Positions 47,801-60,335 of a DNA stretch of 64,000 bases are shown here, one piece after another. The notes below the pieces were generated by a model. The model worked only from the letters and a program-made list of their open reading frames with translations. It was not told where the DNA came from and did not search any database. This DNA comes from Azolla caroliniana (Eukaryota > Plantae > Polypodiophyta), in NCBI GenBank assembly GCA_043228905.1, contig JBHGNT010000015.1, positions 17,546,001 to 17,610,000 on the forward strand, given 5' to 3'. The position numbers and the translations under genes were made by a program. The stretch's first letter is position 1; each line of letters opens with the position of its first letter.

Positions 47801-50453
47801 CGAGTCAGACCGACGCGAGTCCGACTCCGAGGGAACCGGTGACAGGTCTTTAAAGATGAAGACCGCGTCGACCGAGAAGGCCTCGACATCGGCTAATGTG
47901 AGATTACGCCGATCTACCCGCCAGAAGAATCCTGTTTTGCGATTCGGATACAACGAGTACATGGCGCATCATTATGCATACATGACCCTTGTAGCGGAAG
48001 TGCGTGAGCCGGAGAGCCACGCAGAAGCGGCTAAAGACGCGAATTGGCGTGCCGCGATGGAGGAAGAGATGCACGTATTGGCGGAGAACGAGACCTGGGA
48101 CCTCGTTCACGCACCAAGAGGGGTAAAACCGATCGGGTGTAGGTGGGTGTACAAAGTCAAGTACAACACCGATGGCTCGGACAACCGGTACAAGGCTCAG
48201 CTAGTGGCAAAGGGCTATGCGCAGAAACACGGCATCGACTACGATGAGACATTTGCACCGGTCGCGAAAATGACGACCGTCTGTGTTTTGCTCGCAGTAG
48301 CCTCGGCCAAGGGGTGGCACCTACATCAAATGGATGTAAAGAATGTGTTCCTGCAAGGTGACCTTGAGGAACAAGTGTACATGGTACAGCCCCCCGGATT
48401 TCACTCCGGGACGAACTCCTCGGCAGTATGCCGACTGAAGAAGTCCCTTTACGGACTGAAGCAAGCCCCGCGTGTCTGGAACGTGAAGATCACGCAACAA
48501 CTGCGTCGGATGGGCTTTGTCACGTCAAAATCGGACTCTTCCCTGTTCATCCGGAAAGGTCGACTCGGACCGGTTAGTATTCTACTATATGTCGATGACT
48601 TGGTCATCACCGGCGCCGACCTAGGTGAAATCGACCGCGTGAAGCTCCAGCTTGCGGCATCGTTCGACATGAAGGATCTGGGGGACCTTCATTACTTCCT
48701 CGGGATCAAAGTGATCCGTACCCCCGAAGGCATATTGATCAACCAACGTCATTACGTGCTGAGTATGCTCTTCAAATTCGGGATGGCCGACTGTAAGTCC
48801 GTCTTGACTCCTCTGGACAAAACCGTCAAGCTTCATCCCGATACGGGAAAGGTATGCGACCCGACGAGGTTCCGACAAATTGTCGGAAGCCTCATATACT
48901 TGACCATCACCCGACCCGACCTCAGTTATCCGGTCGGGGTGATCAGTCAGTTCATGGCGCGACCTACCGAGGAGCACCTTCAGTGTGCGCAACGCATACT
49001 GCAGTACGTAAGTGGCACTAAGGACCGAGGACTGCTATATCGGACCGGTGCAGCCGCGCAGTTAGTCGGCTACACCAATGCTGATTGGGTTGGCAACACC
49101 GCCGATCGCCGGTCCACGTCCGGATACGCGTTCTCCCTCGGGAGTGTCGCGATCGCGTGGAGCAGTAAAAAGCAGCCGATAGTTGCACTGTCGAGCACCG
49201 AAGCTGAGTACCAAGGAGCGGCTGTCGCGACATGCAAAGCCATATGGTTGAAGCGGCTACTTAAGGACCTGCAAGCGGAGGAGTCAGATCCTACGACGAT
49301 CTACTGCGACAACCTCAGCAGCATCCAGCTCGCGAAGAACCCCGTTTTCCACGCACGGACCAAGCACATTGAGGTGCACTACCATTTCGTCCATGAGCGT
49401 GTCCTTTCCGGTGAAGTCAAACTTCAGTACGTGCCGACGGATCGGCAGACTGCCAACATCTTCACAAAGCCGCTTGGTCTGGACAAGTTGCAGCAATTCT
49501 CAGGTGCGCTCGGGTTGCATCACCTCGACGTGCCAAACTTGAGGGGGAGAATAGTCCCGAATGACCAAGCAAGGCAGCAGGAAAGGAGTGAAGACCGCGG
49601 CACCGAGTCTGAGTCGGTTGACTCGGTTGTCGCGTTCGAGTTCGGATCGGCTGAAGAAGCCGAGGGCGGATCCACGGAAAAGTCCGAAAGCGGACAGAAG
49701 GGGAGCAGCCGAAGGAGAGAGCCGAAGCCAACCACGCATGGGGGAGATGACGCAATCGACGGCGAGAAGACCGAAGACGAGTTGGAGACAGCCAACTCGG
49801 ACGAGAGCGAAAACCGATCGGAAGTAGCCGAGTCGGTTCGGATGTTTGATTCAGACATGTTAAATCAACCGAGGCCCAAGCGGAAGAAAAGGCAACAAAA
49901 GAAGTGTCGACACTACAACAGCAGAAGAGCTGATAAGGGTCACATGAGCAGACAAGCCGACCGTAAGGGTCGAAGCGCGCAGAGTCGAACAGGTCGAGGA
50001 GCGCGAGCGATGTGTGAAGCCAGGAAGAATCGGAGCTGTGAAGATCCCGAAGAGCCTCAAGTTGAGCTTGAGGGGGAGTGTTGAGAGACAAGCTCAACAT
50101 CGGCCGGATCGGCTGAGGAAGCCGAGGACCGGATCGGCTGGGACCGATCGGTTAGGCCGTTAGGAAAGATATTCCGTGAGGAATATATTTGGGAGTTAGT
50201 GTAGGAGCTCTTGATGAGCATTGAAGTACTGTCAGTACTCCAGTCAGTCCTTCTAGGGCTTGTACAAAGTGTTCATTGTACACATATATGTATAGTTTTT
50301 TGTCTTTCAAATATATTCTCCTTTTTTGGTGTCTTCTCTCAATCTCTCTCGGTCTCTCCCGCGTATACTATGTAAGCTCAAGCTCTCCATCAAACCTGAG
50401 TGTTCTCCCTTCTGTTCTGTCTTTATACTTGCTTCCGCACGCTACTTTTTACA
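44802..50453 (+). mobile_element. Copia C, full length
   Basis: 375-bp LTRs 44802-45176 and 50079-50453 (about 7 differences by eye); TSD AACGT; PBS-Met 45177-45188; PPT GAGCTTGAGGGGGAG. Confidence 0.95.
45246..50084 (+). pseudogene. pol: Copia gag-pol polyprotein in one frame with ~5 premature stops; INT-RT-RH part (47001-50084) open
   Basis: ORF pieces 45246, 45582, 46290 and 47001 share a frame; CWYCGKKGH, DSGASNHM, LRSDGGKEY, LYVDDL, YCDNLSSI. Confidence 0.92.
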
Positions 50454-51246
50454 AACGTTTAAATACGTATATTACCTCATAATTTGTATAGTACGAACTA
50501 TACCTCAATGTTGTTCAGTCAAATATCATGTACATTTGTCCAATACGGTATTTAACGTACATTTGAAAAAATAGGTATAATACGTATTTATAAAAAAATG
50601 TAAGTAAAACCCCAACAAAAAGCAAAAGAAAAAAAAAAGAATTTAGTGAAAATGAAGCAAAAAGAAGGAAGAAAGAAGAATAGAAGAGATGACGATGAAG
50701 AAGAAGAAGAAGAAGACAGAAACATATCCTAACTCTAACTGTGATAATCACAAAAGATAGAAGATGATGATGAAGAAGAGAGAAACCTATCCTGAGTGTG
50801 ATAATCGTAGACGATTCCTCAATCTATGAAGGCATAATCGTAAATAATTACAATTTGAAATAGAACATCATGATACACACTTACACTGATTTATAGAATA
50901 AGTGAATGTCAACATCCATATTATAAGTATTTTAGGATGTGAAATGTTCAAATGTCTTAATATATGCATTTTAGGATGTAGAACTATAATGTACATCACA
51001 AAATTGTGTAAACATAGATGCTTTTTACAATATTACAAATATTTTTTAGAAAGGTAAATAATTTTCAAATTCTAGAAGTATTTAACATATTAAAAAACAT
51101 ATTTAACGTATTTTTAAATTGGGAAGTACTATACGCGTATTAATACATTATATACATATGGTATCTGTACCATATCTAACGTACCTAACAACCTTGCTTC
51201 CGACTTTTTGTCGAAGGTTTGAGTTCCCTTCATGAGTTGGGTTGAA

Positions 51247-51906
51247 TCAACCTCTTCTACCACAACGGCCTCGTCCTCGATCACCATCCGAATTCGAGAA
51301 GAACATTTGTCCTTCCGACGTCTTGCTCTTAGTTCGGATGTGGTTCTCTTCAACCAATAACATTGATTGAAGTTCGAAGAACGAAGGAGGGTTTTCTCTC
51401 GCCAAGATTGTTGTCCTTATCGGATCGAACCATTGTGTGAGCTTGACCACACACACTTGCACCATTTTGTCCTCTTCAATGTTTATGTTGATGGAGCTAA
51501 GTGAGTTGCAAATGCTCTTCATCTTGTCGGTGTAGTCCGACACGGACATACCTTTTTGTTGAATGGTTTTCAACTCTTGTCGAAGTTGAAGCTTGCGGGC
51601 GGTCGTGTTGGCAACGAAGATTCTTCCCAAATTTAGCCATGCTTCTTTAGGCGTCTTGGCATCTCGAATGTGACAGAGCATGTGATCGTGGACACATGTT
51701 GCCAAACAGTACATCACCTGACTCGCCCTTTGCTCCCATGTTGGGTAGTTGGCGTTTGTGATGTTGGGTTTGTTTTTGAGGGTGTCGTCGATGTAGTTCC
51801 AATACCCTTGGCTGGCTAGGTATTGGCTCATCTTGTACTCCCAAGATGAGAAATTGCTCCAGTCTAGCTTTTCACTAGGGAGCGAGCTACCCATTTGTGT
51901 GTTCAT
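51247..51906 (-). pseudogene. gag: Copia B gag (UBN2-type)
   Basis: EKLDWSNFSSWEYKM...TTARKLQLRQEL; homologous to Copia C gag. Confidence 0.85.
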
Positions 51907-52315
51907 GTTGATTTAGTGTCTTCCTTTTTGGCTTTTCTTGATGTAGTGTCATGTACATCTGCTACATAGCAGCACTATGGTAGCGGATAGCCAGATTTTT
52001 CAATGGCGTCTCAAACACACAATCACTATGAGATGGGTGGGATTAGGAGGTGTCGTCGATGTAGTTCCAATACCCTTGGTTGGCTAGGTATTGGCTCATC
52101 TTGTACTCCCAAGATGAGAAATTGCTCCAGTCTAGCTTTTCACTAGGGAGCGAGCTACCCATTTGTGTGTTCATGCTGATTTAGTGTCTTCCTTTTTGGC
52201 TTTTCTTGATGTAGTGTCATGTACACCTGCTACATAGCGGCACTATGGTAGCGGATAGCTAGATTTTTCAATGGCGTCTCAAACACACAATCACTATGAG
52301 ATGGGTGGGATTAGG
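51781..52315. repeat. 268-bp tandem duplication of the Copia B 5' UTR/gag start
   Basis: 51781-52047 repeated at 52049-52315. Confidence 0.92.
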
Positions 52316-52345
52316 GGATATGCTAAACCACACGCTTTGATACCA

Positions 52346-52826
52346 TGTTAATAATTAGGTAATTAACTAAGGGCTAATTAGTATTTAATTATGCGAATAG
52401 TTAATCACGTATGTGATTAAGCAACGGACGATTACGTGATTGTGTGTGTGTGAGAGAGAGAGAGAGAGAGGAAGAGAGAGAGGAAGTTACACTTATGAAC
52501 AATAAATGGGGGATGATTAACAAGTGTAGCTCATGGAACTCTTACTTATATTAAAAAGACATCATCAAATACAAAAATACAGTCCACAATGAGGTATATA
52601 TAGATCTTATGTGCAAGGGTGCACATGTGTGAGGAGAATATAGTTACAAGGTGTAAATCCTATATTAAATGTACTTGGGAGTGGAGGATCTAGAATGTAT
52701 CCCACTTAAGTACAAGGTCCTATTTAAGGCTTTAAGGTCAACAAACTAACTAGATTCTATCTAGGTAACTTCTAAGTTATGTGGTTGACTAAATGACTAA
52801 ACTTAGTTGAGCTTGATATCTCAACA
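52346..52826 (-). repeat. Copia B 5' LTR
   Basis: Homologous to 27016-28208 minus the nested solo LTR; adjacent PBS-Met. Confidence 0.9.
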
Positions 52827-53489
52827 GGTTTGATTCGGACGAACCGAATTACACAAAGGCCAAGCGGAAGAGAGGGCCGCCAAAGTCGACACCAAAACAA
52901 AGAAGTAGACGGGCCAAGGAGCGCCAATGTCGTCACAACGAGGGAGCTGAGAAGGGTCTGACGAGCAGACAAACCAATCGAAGGGGTTGACCAAATGCGT
53001 GGAACCGGATGGGTCGAGGAGCGTTGGACCAAAGGGGTCGTGGAATTTGGGGCTGGACTAGACTAGGAGCACGAGCAAGGCATGAAGACGCTAGGATGAG
53101 CCAAAAGACTGAACCAGTAGAGTAGAAGGAACCTCAAGTTGAGCTTGAGGGGGAGTGTTGAAAAACAAGCTCAACATGGGCCGGATAGCCGATAGCCAGA
53201 TTGGATGAAGACCGATCGGTTAGGCCCGAATCGGATCGGAGAGCCGGATCCGCGGGGAGCCGATAGGCCGTTAGAGGCCTACACTTCTAGTTTAATAGAT
53301 AGTTATATTTTTGGGAGTTAGTATCAGAGGCTCTTTCATGAGCATTGAAGTACTTGTCAGTACTTCCATCAGTCCTTTTAAGGACTTGTATAAAAGTGCT
53401 CTATGAGCACATTTCTATGTACAGAGCGTATTATTATTTTGAATTGAGTCTTCTGCTCTCTCAGTCTCTCCCACATATTGTGTACCTCC

Positions 53490-55900
53490 ATTGTTTCTCT
53501 GTTAATGTCCAATTGAGCTAGTTGTGTTTTTCGACAAAGGTTTCTTCGACATTTCGATGGTTGTCTATTTAGTGGCTTGGTTGTCTTCTTCATGATAGGG
53601 AATGTTGTGTGTGATGGCGGTTCAGGTTAAGAAGGTTCTAACTCAGTGGCCGGTTGCAGAAGGCAGGTTGTAATTGCAATAGAGCTACCCCGATTTAATG
53701 CAATGTAGCCATCGAATGTAGTCGGGTTTGGAGCCCACTAGATTCGCCTTCACCGGATTATTTTCGCCCTTTGTGTTGTTTCATAGCCTTTTGTGATTAA
53801 TCATGTGATTCATTCTTGTAAAAACCATAGAAATTGTGGTATTAAGCCTAACCATTGTATAACCCTATTTTGTATCATAAGTTGACATGTATATTATTCA
53901 CGCATTAATCATTGTTCGGGTCGTTGCAATAATTGCATCTCGAACCCTAATTGTGTTCGACAAGTCAAAAGTTCGTCAGGAGGGAAAGGTTGTTGAGTCA
54001 AAAGCTCGATGAGAAAAGGAAGTCATGTGAAACTCGACGAAGAAAGGGGGCGGCAAGTGAGCACTCAATGAGCCCCCAAAGCTTTACGAGTGAATACTTG
54101 ACGAGTGAACACTCGACGAGGAGCCTTCTTAAAATGAGCGTGAATCTTCAACTTCCTCATGCCTTCTCACTCCCCTGTCCAAGATCCCCATTCTTCCTTA
54201 TTTCCGATCTTCATTTTTCTTAACATTAATTGAGATTCCAATAGTTGGTATTAGAACGAGATTAACATTTTCTTGTTTTGGCTTGTTGTTTTGGAGCAAT
54301 TAACAAAATGTGTTTTCGTGATCCAAGAACAAGCAATTGAGAATTTCAAGGTTCTCCATTTCTCTCTCTTTTTTCTCAATTATGTTAATTTTTCTTTTCT
54401 TTTCTCTCCTACGAACATTAGATGTTTAGTTTGTCAATATGTGTGATTTTATGTGTTGTTTTTGTCTCGTGTTTAATACTTGTTCAGGGTTTTGCCATTA
54501 TTGCAATAGTCATAACACAATGTTTTATTTATTCTTATTCAAAAAATAAATAAATGAATTTATTTGTGTTTTTCTTATATGTACATATATGCATATATTA
54601 TTATTATTGCACTCCAATAATAGCGGGATGTTGCCTACTTGGGGACGCCCGCACCAATGCTAGCCTTGTAGGGTCTACATTGTAGTAGCGTGACTTGTTG
54701 CAAAGCAACATATATCGTGTAGCAGGTCTATGTCACCAATGTAGCAACGTGACCTATTCCATTGTCGTGAGCAACCCATTAAGCTGTCTATTGATAGCGA
54801 CAAACCCGCCAAGTTGACTATTGATTGTCGTTGTGATGTAGGGAGCACAAAGAAGGAATTAAGCACGGTCCATATTAAGTTGTTGTGAGTTGGATCCCAA
54901 AATATGACAAAAAGGTTTAGTTCAATTGGTGAGATCTTGCGTTATGATTGGGAGATCAAGGGTTTGAGGTTTATTTTTGCTAGCTTTAGGTGCTAGAGAA
55001 AAAGTAGATCATGCAATTGGAAAAAAAAGAGCGAGGAGCATGCCAAATTAAAATAAAAAAGCACCCACTAATTTTATTGGTGAAAAAGAAAGAAAGAAAT
55101 ATTAACGTCTTCAAAAATCAAATTTGGCCAATGAATCCTATTAAAGGGTAAAGGGTGAGGAGAGCTCAAGGTTGTGAATCAAGAGGGCGTATAAGACAAA
55201 CAACGACAACAGGTGATGTGGTGGTTGTTCATTAGAACGTTGCACCAAAACTCAAGGATCTCATCTTGAAGCTCTACCTGTGATCTTTTCTTCTCCATTT
55301 ACTCCTATGTACTTACCTTTATTTTTGTCTTCTTTTCCACTCCATGTAATGGAGTCGAGAATTCACTCATTGTACTTGCTCATTTTTAAGACTTTAGTGT
55401 TGCTTATAGTTTTAATACAAATATATTCCAATATATTTTGCAAATCCATGTTTAAAATTTTCGTGGCCAAACAAGGTGTTGGATTTTTCAGCTTGGAGTT
55501 TTGAGTTCGAGAATCAAAGTTACAAAATTTTGACAAAATCGATGAATAATGGATCGCCGAACCATCTTTTCCAGAAGCTCATTTCATCAACACAAGGACT
55601 CCACCTTGAGCATCACAACCCTAAACCCTAAACCCTGTGGGAAAAATTGCATCGAGTCATAACTTTTCAAACAACCGGAGTCGAACTTGCTATTTTGGTT
55701 GAAGCCAACATCCTGTCCATCGAATGACAACCAAAAACGCAATTTTCTAATTACATTTGTACATCTCCCAAGGCTATATTCATAATTAAAGAAAAGGGGA
55801 GTTTTCGCCTCTAGTCAAAGGTCCCCTATTTGATAGAACATTCGTGTCCCGAATGCAAATGCTCCTCCTTACCCGTTGTTGACACTCCACCACCACATTC
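53490..55900. mobile_element. Old degenerate LTR-element remnants, unresolved
   Basis: CCAATA GT TGGTATTAGAAC resembles an LTR end plus degenerate PBS-Met at 54246; CATTCGGGACACGAATGTT...AGGGG on the minus strand at ~55820-55855 resembles a Gypsy pre-PPT region; no ORFs. Confidence 0.35.
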
Positions 55901-56960
55901 ACATTGCAACTAGCTTTATAGCTGCCATCTCCACTACGACACATAACCTCACCCGACACTTAAATAAATATTATAATAATAGTAATTAAACTTTAACAAA
56001 AAGATAATAACAACATTATAGAAAAATAAATTAAATAGATAAATAAATAAACAAACAAACAAAATATTCAGAGAATAATACTAAAAATTAATAAAATTAA
56101 GTAAATAAATAAAATATAGATAAAACATAAATGGGATAATATTAATAATAATAGCAACTATAATAACAATTAAGTAAATAAATAAATTATATTAGCAATT
56201 GAAACTCTTAAGGGATTTTCTTTCTTTTCTTTTGAGGGGAACCCGAGGGATAGGCCTCAACCAGATTTTTTGTTGGTTAGCTTTTTTATTTCCTTAATAT
56301 TGTAGCAATTTAATAATTTAGTTAATGTTTTATTATTGATTTAACTAATTTAACTTAGATACCTATTTAATTTATTTAAAAAATTTTAATTTGACTTAAA
56401 TGGTTAGATTTAAGTTTGTGATTATTTGGTTACATTCGGTTTTAACTTTTCCCTAAACAGTTCAGTTTTAACAATTTTTTTAGGTTTTATTTTCTATACA
56501 TGGTTCGGTTCAAATCCAAGGCAAAGAAACAACTGATTGACCGAGTTGGGCCCATAGCTAGTCTTTATGGTAAAACCAATATTTGGGTGCAAAATACTAA
56601 TTTGCATAATTCCAAATGACAATTGAGATTTGATTTTGTCATACAGAGTGACCATCATTACAGACCGGAATTGGCCACCTTAAACATTGAAAAACACAAT
56701 TATACAACAATATTTGATTAAAATTTGGAGAAATCTATAGGGGAGTCCAATTTATTCTAGAAATACACTATTTGGAAATGGTTTATCAGAAAACAAATAT
56801 TAGATAAGGGTAGTAAAGAAACTGAATGATATATAATGTGGGCATCTTCATCTCATCATCTATAAGACTGGGATGTATAAGAAAAAAATGAGACAAGATG
56901 GGGCCGTAGAGGTTCAATTAATCTACAAATAAAGCTTTCTATAGACAAGCAAAACCACTT

Positions 56961-57080
56961 CTACAACCTGACCCTCTTTAAAAGCACAGCCATTTCGGCT
57001 GATGATGGACTTAATGCTTCATTTGGATAACACTTCGCAAGAACAGCTTCCAACCCTTCATACTTATCTAGAAAATCTAC
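56961..57080 (-). CDS. SEC3: SEC3 terminal coding exon (VDFLDKYEG...LLKRVRL*)
   Basis: TAG acceptor; stop TAG at 56961-56963. Confidence 0.85.
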   Translation of the reverse strand, partial: VDFLDKYEGLEAVLAKCYPNEALSPSSAEMAVLLKRVRL

Positions 57081-58315
57081 CTACAAAAGCACTCACCCAA
57101 CAGCAAATATCACCAAAATAACACATATATTCAAATGTATTCAATGAAAATGTATGCTTCCAATATTATTACATACCTTGCACTTCTCCCACAAGGAGGG
57201 TAGCAATTCATCAGATGTTATTTGCCTTTGTATTTTTTTGTACATTGCAGACAACCTCTTTTCAACCTGGGGGGAAGAAATATATTCAAATTTAAAGCTA
57301 TATGCTATAGAACTGGAAACAGAATAAAAGATAAATGTTTGAAAAAAGAATAAAACATGATTCCATACCTCAGATTCCACCAATGTCGTCATGTCAAGTA
57401 TAGAGGATCCAGCATAGAGACACACCTAGAGAATCCCCCAATTAAACAGTGGAAGTGATGTTTAAAGTTTCAAATAGGCAATACAAAGGATGGACAGATA
57501 ACAGTGTTTGCAGGCATTATTTACTACCACTTCTTTTATGTTAATATTTGAAAAAATGATCTGCATGGGAAAATGCAAGGTTGGCAATCATAATCATATA
57601 TTCACGAAATGCTGAATACAAAGAATGGAGAGTGAACAGTGTTTGCAGCCATTATCTACTACCACTTCTGTTATGTTAAGATTTGAAAAAATGATCTGCA
57701 TGATATGCAATCACAAGCACATATTCATATCCAAATGCATAGCTTTCTTTCTGTCTGTAACATTAGAATGCGAGGATTGTTTTTATAAATAGTCAAAACT
57801 AAATAACATAATTTATCTGATTTTTGCGCATAAGGCATAAAACTAATCCCAATATCAAAAACCTCTTCTGGTTGTACTGTGTACAGAAGGCTTTCCAATT
57901 TCTGACCAAACTGGAAAAGCTTTTCGAATTGCTGTTGCAAACATGCCATTCAATGACACCAATGAGAAACAACGGAGACTCTGTAAAAGGTTATCGATTT
58001 TACAAATAAGACAGAATTACATCATTAATGATGGAATTTATGTATCTGGTTCCAGCTTGCACACGGTTATCACCCGCATTTTGATAGAATTCACCCAATA
58101 TAGGAACTACATTTGCTAGTCCATAGATACTGCAGAAGAACATATAATTGTTATTAATTAATATTACTCATTGAGAGCATGTCATGCATGACCTTATGTT
58201 CAGATAGCCACACCAACCTGGTCTGAAATGCTGCATAATTTTCTAGGAGTACAATATCTGAATGCTTCGGATCCATTTGAGCTACTTTTTCAAAAACACT
58301 AAACATGGTCCTCAC
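56961..58315 (-). CDS. SEC3: Exocyst complex component SEC3 (EXOC1), last six coding exons; 5' part lies beyond the intronic Gypsy
   Basis: GT-AG exons 58315-58218, 58129-58021, 57931-57863, 57425-57369, 57266-57177 and 57080-56961 splice in frame. They encode ...[28 protein letters not shown]...QFEKLFQF...PEE...SAMYKK...[11 protein letters not shown]...FLDKYE...YPNE, matching the plant SEC3 C-terminus as I recall it. Confidence 0.9.
57177..57266 (-). CDS. SEC3: SEC3 exon ([11 protein letters not shown]...[11 protein letters not shown])
   Basis: CAG/GT boundaries; 90 bp. Confidence 0.9.
57369..57425 (-). CDS. SEC3: SEC3 exon, divergent ([19 protein letters not shown])
   Basis: TAG/GT boundaries; 57 bp in frame; weak similarity to the expected exon. 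Confidence 0.6.
57500..57728. repeat. ~135-bp intronic tandem duplication
   Basis: AACAGTGTTTGCAG...TGAAAAAATGATCTGCATG at ~57500 and ~57635. Confidence 0.75.
57863..57931 (-). CDS. SEC3: SEC3 exon ([23 protein letters not shown])
   Basis: CAG/GT boundaries; 69 bp. Confidence 0.88.
58021..58129 (-). CDS. SEC3: SEC3 exon ([20 protein letters not shown]...IIND)
   Basis: CAG/GT boundaries; phase consistent. Confidence 0.88.
58218..58315 (-). CDS. SEC3: SEC3 exon ([32 protein letters not shown])
   Basis: CAG acceptor 58316-58318, GT donor 58216-58217. Confidence 0.88.
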
Positions 58316-58362
58316 CTGCACTTAACAAAACTACAGCAAATCAAATTGAGGTTGATGCAAAA

Positions 58363-58734
58363 TGATAACATTCTACTGTTACAGCCAATCCTTGTTTCAT
58401 TTGCCTTGACGTTAAATTTACTTTTAGTTCTTCTGGCAGCAAATCTATATTTTAGTCTCAATTACACTTAAGGTGCTGGCCAGATATAAATCAAAGCAGA
58501 GTGGAAGTAAATTCAGACCGTGGACAGTGGGAGTTAAGGAAATACAGTCAAGTATTTTGCTCAAATCTTGCAAACATTGAACTCTAAGAACTAATCTTTC
58601 AATTCACATTGTTATCCACCTAGGGACTGCAATGTCCAGTGCCAGATAACATGATCGCATTGCAACAGTAAATCACAAAACACAGACAATCTGCTTCAAT
58701 CATTCAGAAATAAAATACAGGTTCTCTGTTATCA
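58363..58734 (-). repeat. 3' LTR of the intronic Gypsy
   Basis: 8-bp terminal inverted repeat, adjacent to the polypurine tract. Confidence 0.75.
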
Positions 58735-60335
58735 TCCCCCCCCCCCTTTTTGGTTCTATTCGCCTAGAGACAGTTATAGAGACAACTGCTGTGTGAACAG
58801 TCACACCTGTTCGAAAGGCGGTTAGGAAAATATACTAATAATAGATGAAAATACAAAATAATACGTAAGGGTGTCTTAAGGCCTTAACACTTGGCACACT
58901 CGGTGGACAGATTTCCATGAAAGTGAGTGAACCCAATGTGCTAATCCTAGTGGAAGTTACGTCTATGCTTTGAAGGAACTAGCTGAGATCCAGCTTGGAA
59001 CCCACCCGCCAAGACTACCCGAGCCCGGACCCGATGGCAGCGGGTGAGCAGACAAACATATAAGCTGATGCTCCTTTCCCATAGAACGTGAAGCAGCTAG
59101 TAAGCTGTTGGATTCTCCTTGAATTTTACTGGAACAATGTTCGATGGAGTTAGAAAATTCTGTCTTGAACGGATCAGTCATTAGCTCTTGACATTTCTCC
59201 AAGTTTGGGACACCAATAGTCACGTAATCCACCATATCCTTCTCTTGATGCGTCGCCAGCTCTGCCTTTCTTTTGACTAACATTGCTTTTTGTCCTTGTC
59301 TCGGGTTATTTTCTTGAACTCGTGTTGAATTCGCCACACATGTGTTTTTTCGAAAACTAAATATTTTTTTCATGTTTTGAAATCAGAATTGCGAATGATG
59401 CATTGTGTTCTTAGATTCATGTTGTTTGAACATGCAAGAGCCCCTTGGGTCCAGAATAACTGAAACCACATATGACGGTGTGATAAGCTGGGATAAGACG
59501 CCCTCTTTGGGTAAAATATTTGGAATTTTGTTTTCTTTGATCAACATCTGGAATAGATTATCCGGCATAACTCCATGATACAGCTGGAGTCTGAATCCAT
59601 TCACTAGTTTGGGCACATATTGTCCTTGCAATGTACCTAAAGGAAACGTACCATCATTGTATACTTTGAGAATCCAGAATGGTCTGGTCCACCAAATATT
59701 TAATTTGCTGAGGAGTAATCCTGATCGTGATGGAAAAACCAATACTGCTGCTCCAGGAATGAGATCCTTTTCCCTCTTTTTCCGATGGTGATATACCCAT
59801 CCTGCCCTTCGTGCTTGTCGTACCTCACTTTGCAGCTCACTTAACTGTCGTAACACCGTTGCTCATCAAGCTGGAGGAGTATTTCTTTCCTCGCTCAAAA
59901 CGCTTTCATGTTCATCTAGCCGTTCTTTTACTGCAATGCGTAGGCTTGGTTCGATGAATTCCATAGGTACTACTGCTTTCTTTGTAATCTAGCGAGCTGC
60001 CCATAACGCCGATTGCAGTCACATGTGCCAATCCGTCCGATGCTCGTTCACAATTTTCTTCAGTATTCTCTGCAAGTTTTGTTTGTTGAATTTGCTAAAC
60101 CATTTGCCTGTGGACAATGCATTGTTCATTTCTTGTGAATGATCAGGTGTGTAGAGGTGAGATTTTGTATGACCTCATTGATGAACTGAGATCCTTGATC
60201 GCTGACCAACTCCACTGGACATCCAAATAGCGTCATAATATTCTCGTACAGGAAACAGGCTAAGCTTTTGACCTCTGTTGTCTTGTCAATCTTTTGCTTC
60301 AACCCATTCGTCACATTCTTTTGCCACCTTGGCTG

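Larger units (their letters stand above)
44775..51190 (-). repeat. AT-rich probable solo LTR (~760 bp) in Copia B gag, split by Copia C
   Basis: Minus strand begins TGTTAGGTAC at 51190; imperfect TSD ACCAT/ACCTT; TATA-like CTATAAATC near 50890; Copia B gag resumes on the far side. Confidence 0.55.
27016..52826 (-). mobile_element. Copia B (gag-PR-INT retained, RT/RH deleted), host of several nested elements
   Basis: LTRs 52346-52826 and 27016-28208; TSD GGTTT (27011-27015, 52827-52831); PBS TGGTATCAAAGC at 52345; gag 51906-51247; PR/INT 44774-43173 and 28828-28380. Confidence 0.88.
25592..53485 (+). mobile_element. Copia A: degenerate 3' half (RT/RH 25592-27015, tail 52827-53155, partial 3' LTR from 53156), host of Copia B
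   Basis: GYNEYM, W+[14 protein letters not shown] and RTKHIEVHYHFV motifs with many lesions; sequence continues across TSD GGTTT; PPT GAGCTTGAGGGGGAG then TGTTGAAAAACAAGCTCAACAT. The LTR end is not resolved. Confidence 0.78.

Noticed and set aside
55617-55636. Telomeric CCCTAAA repeats
   Set aside because: Only about two units; telo-box-like motifs are common in plant promoters and LTRs.
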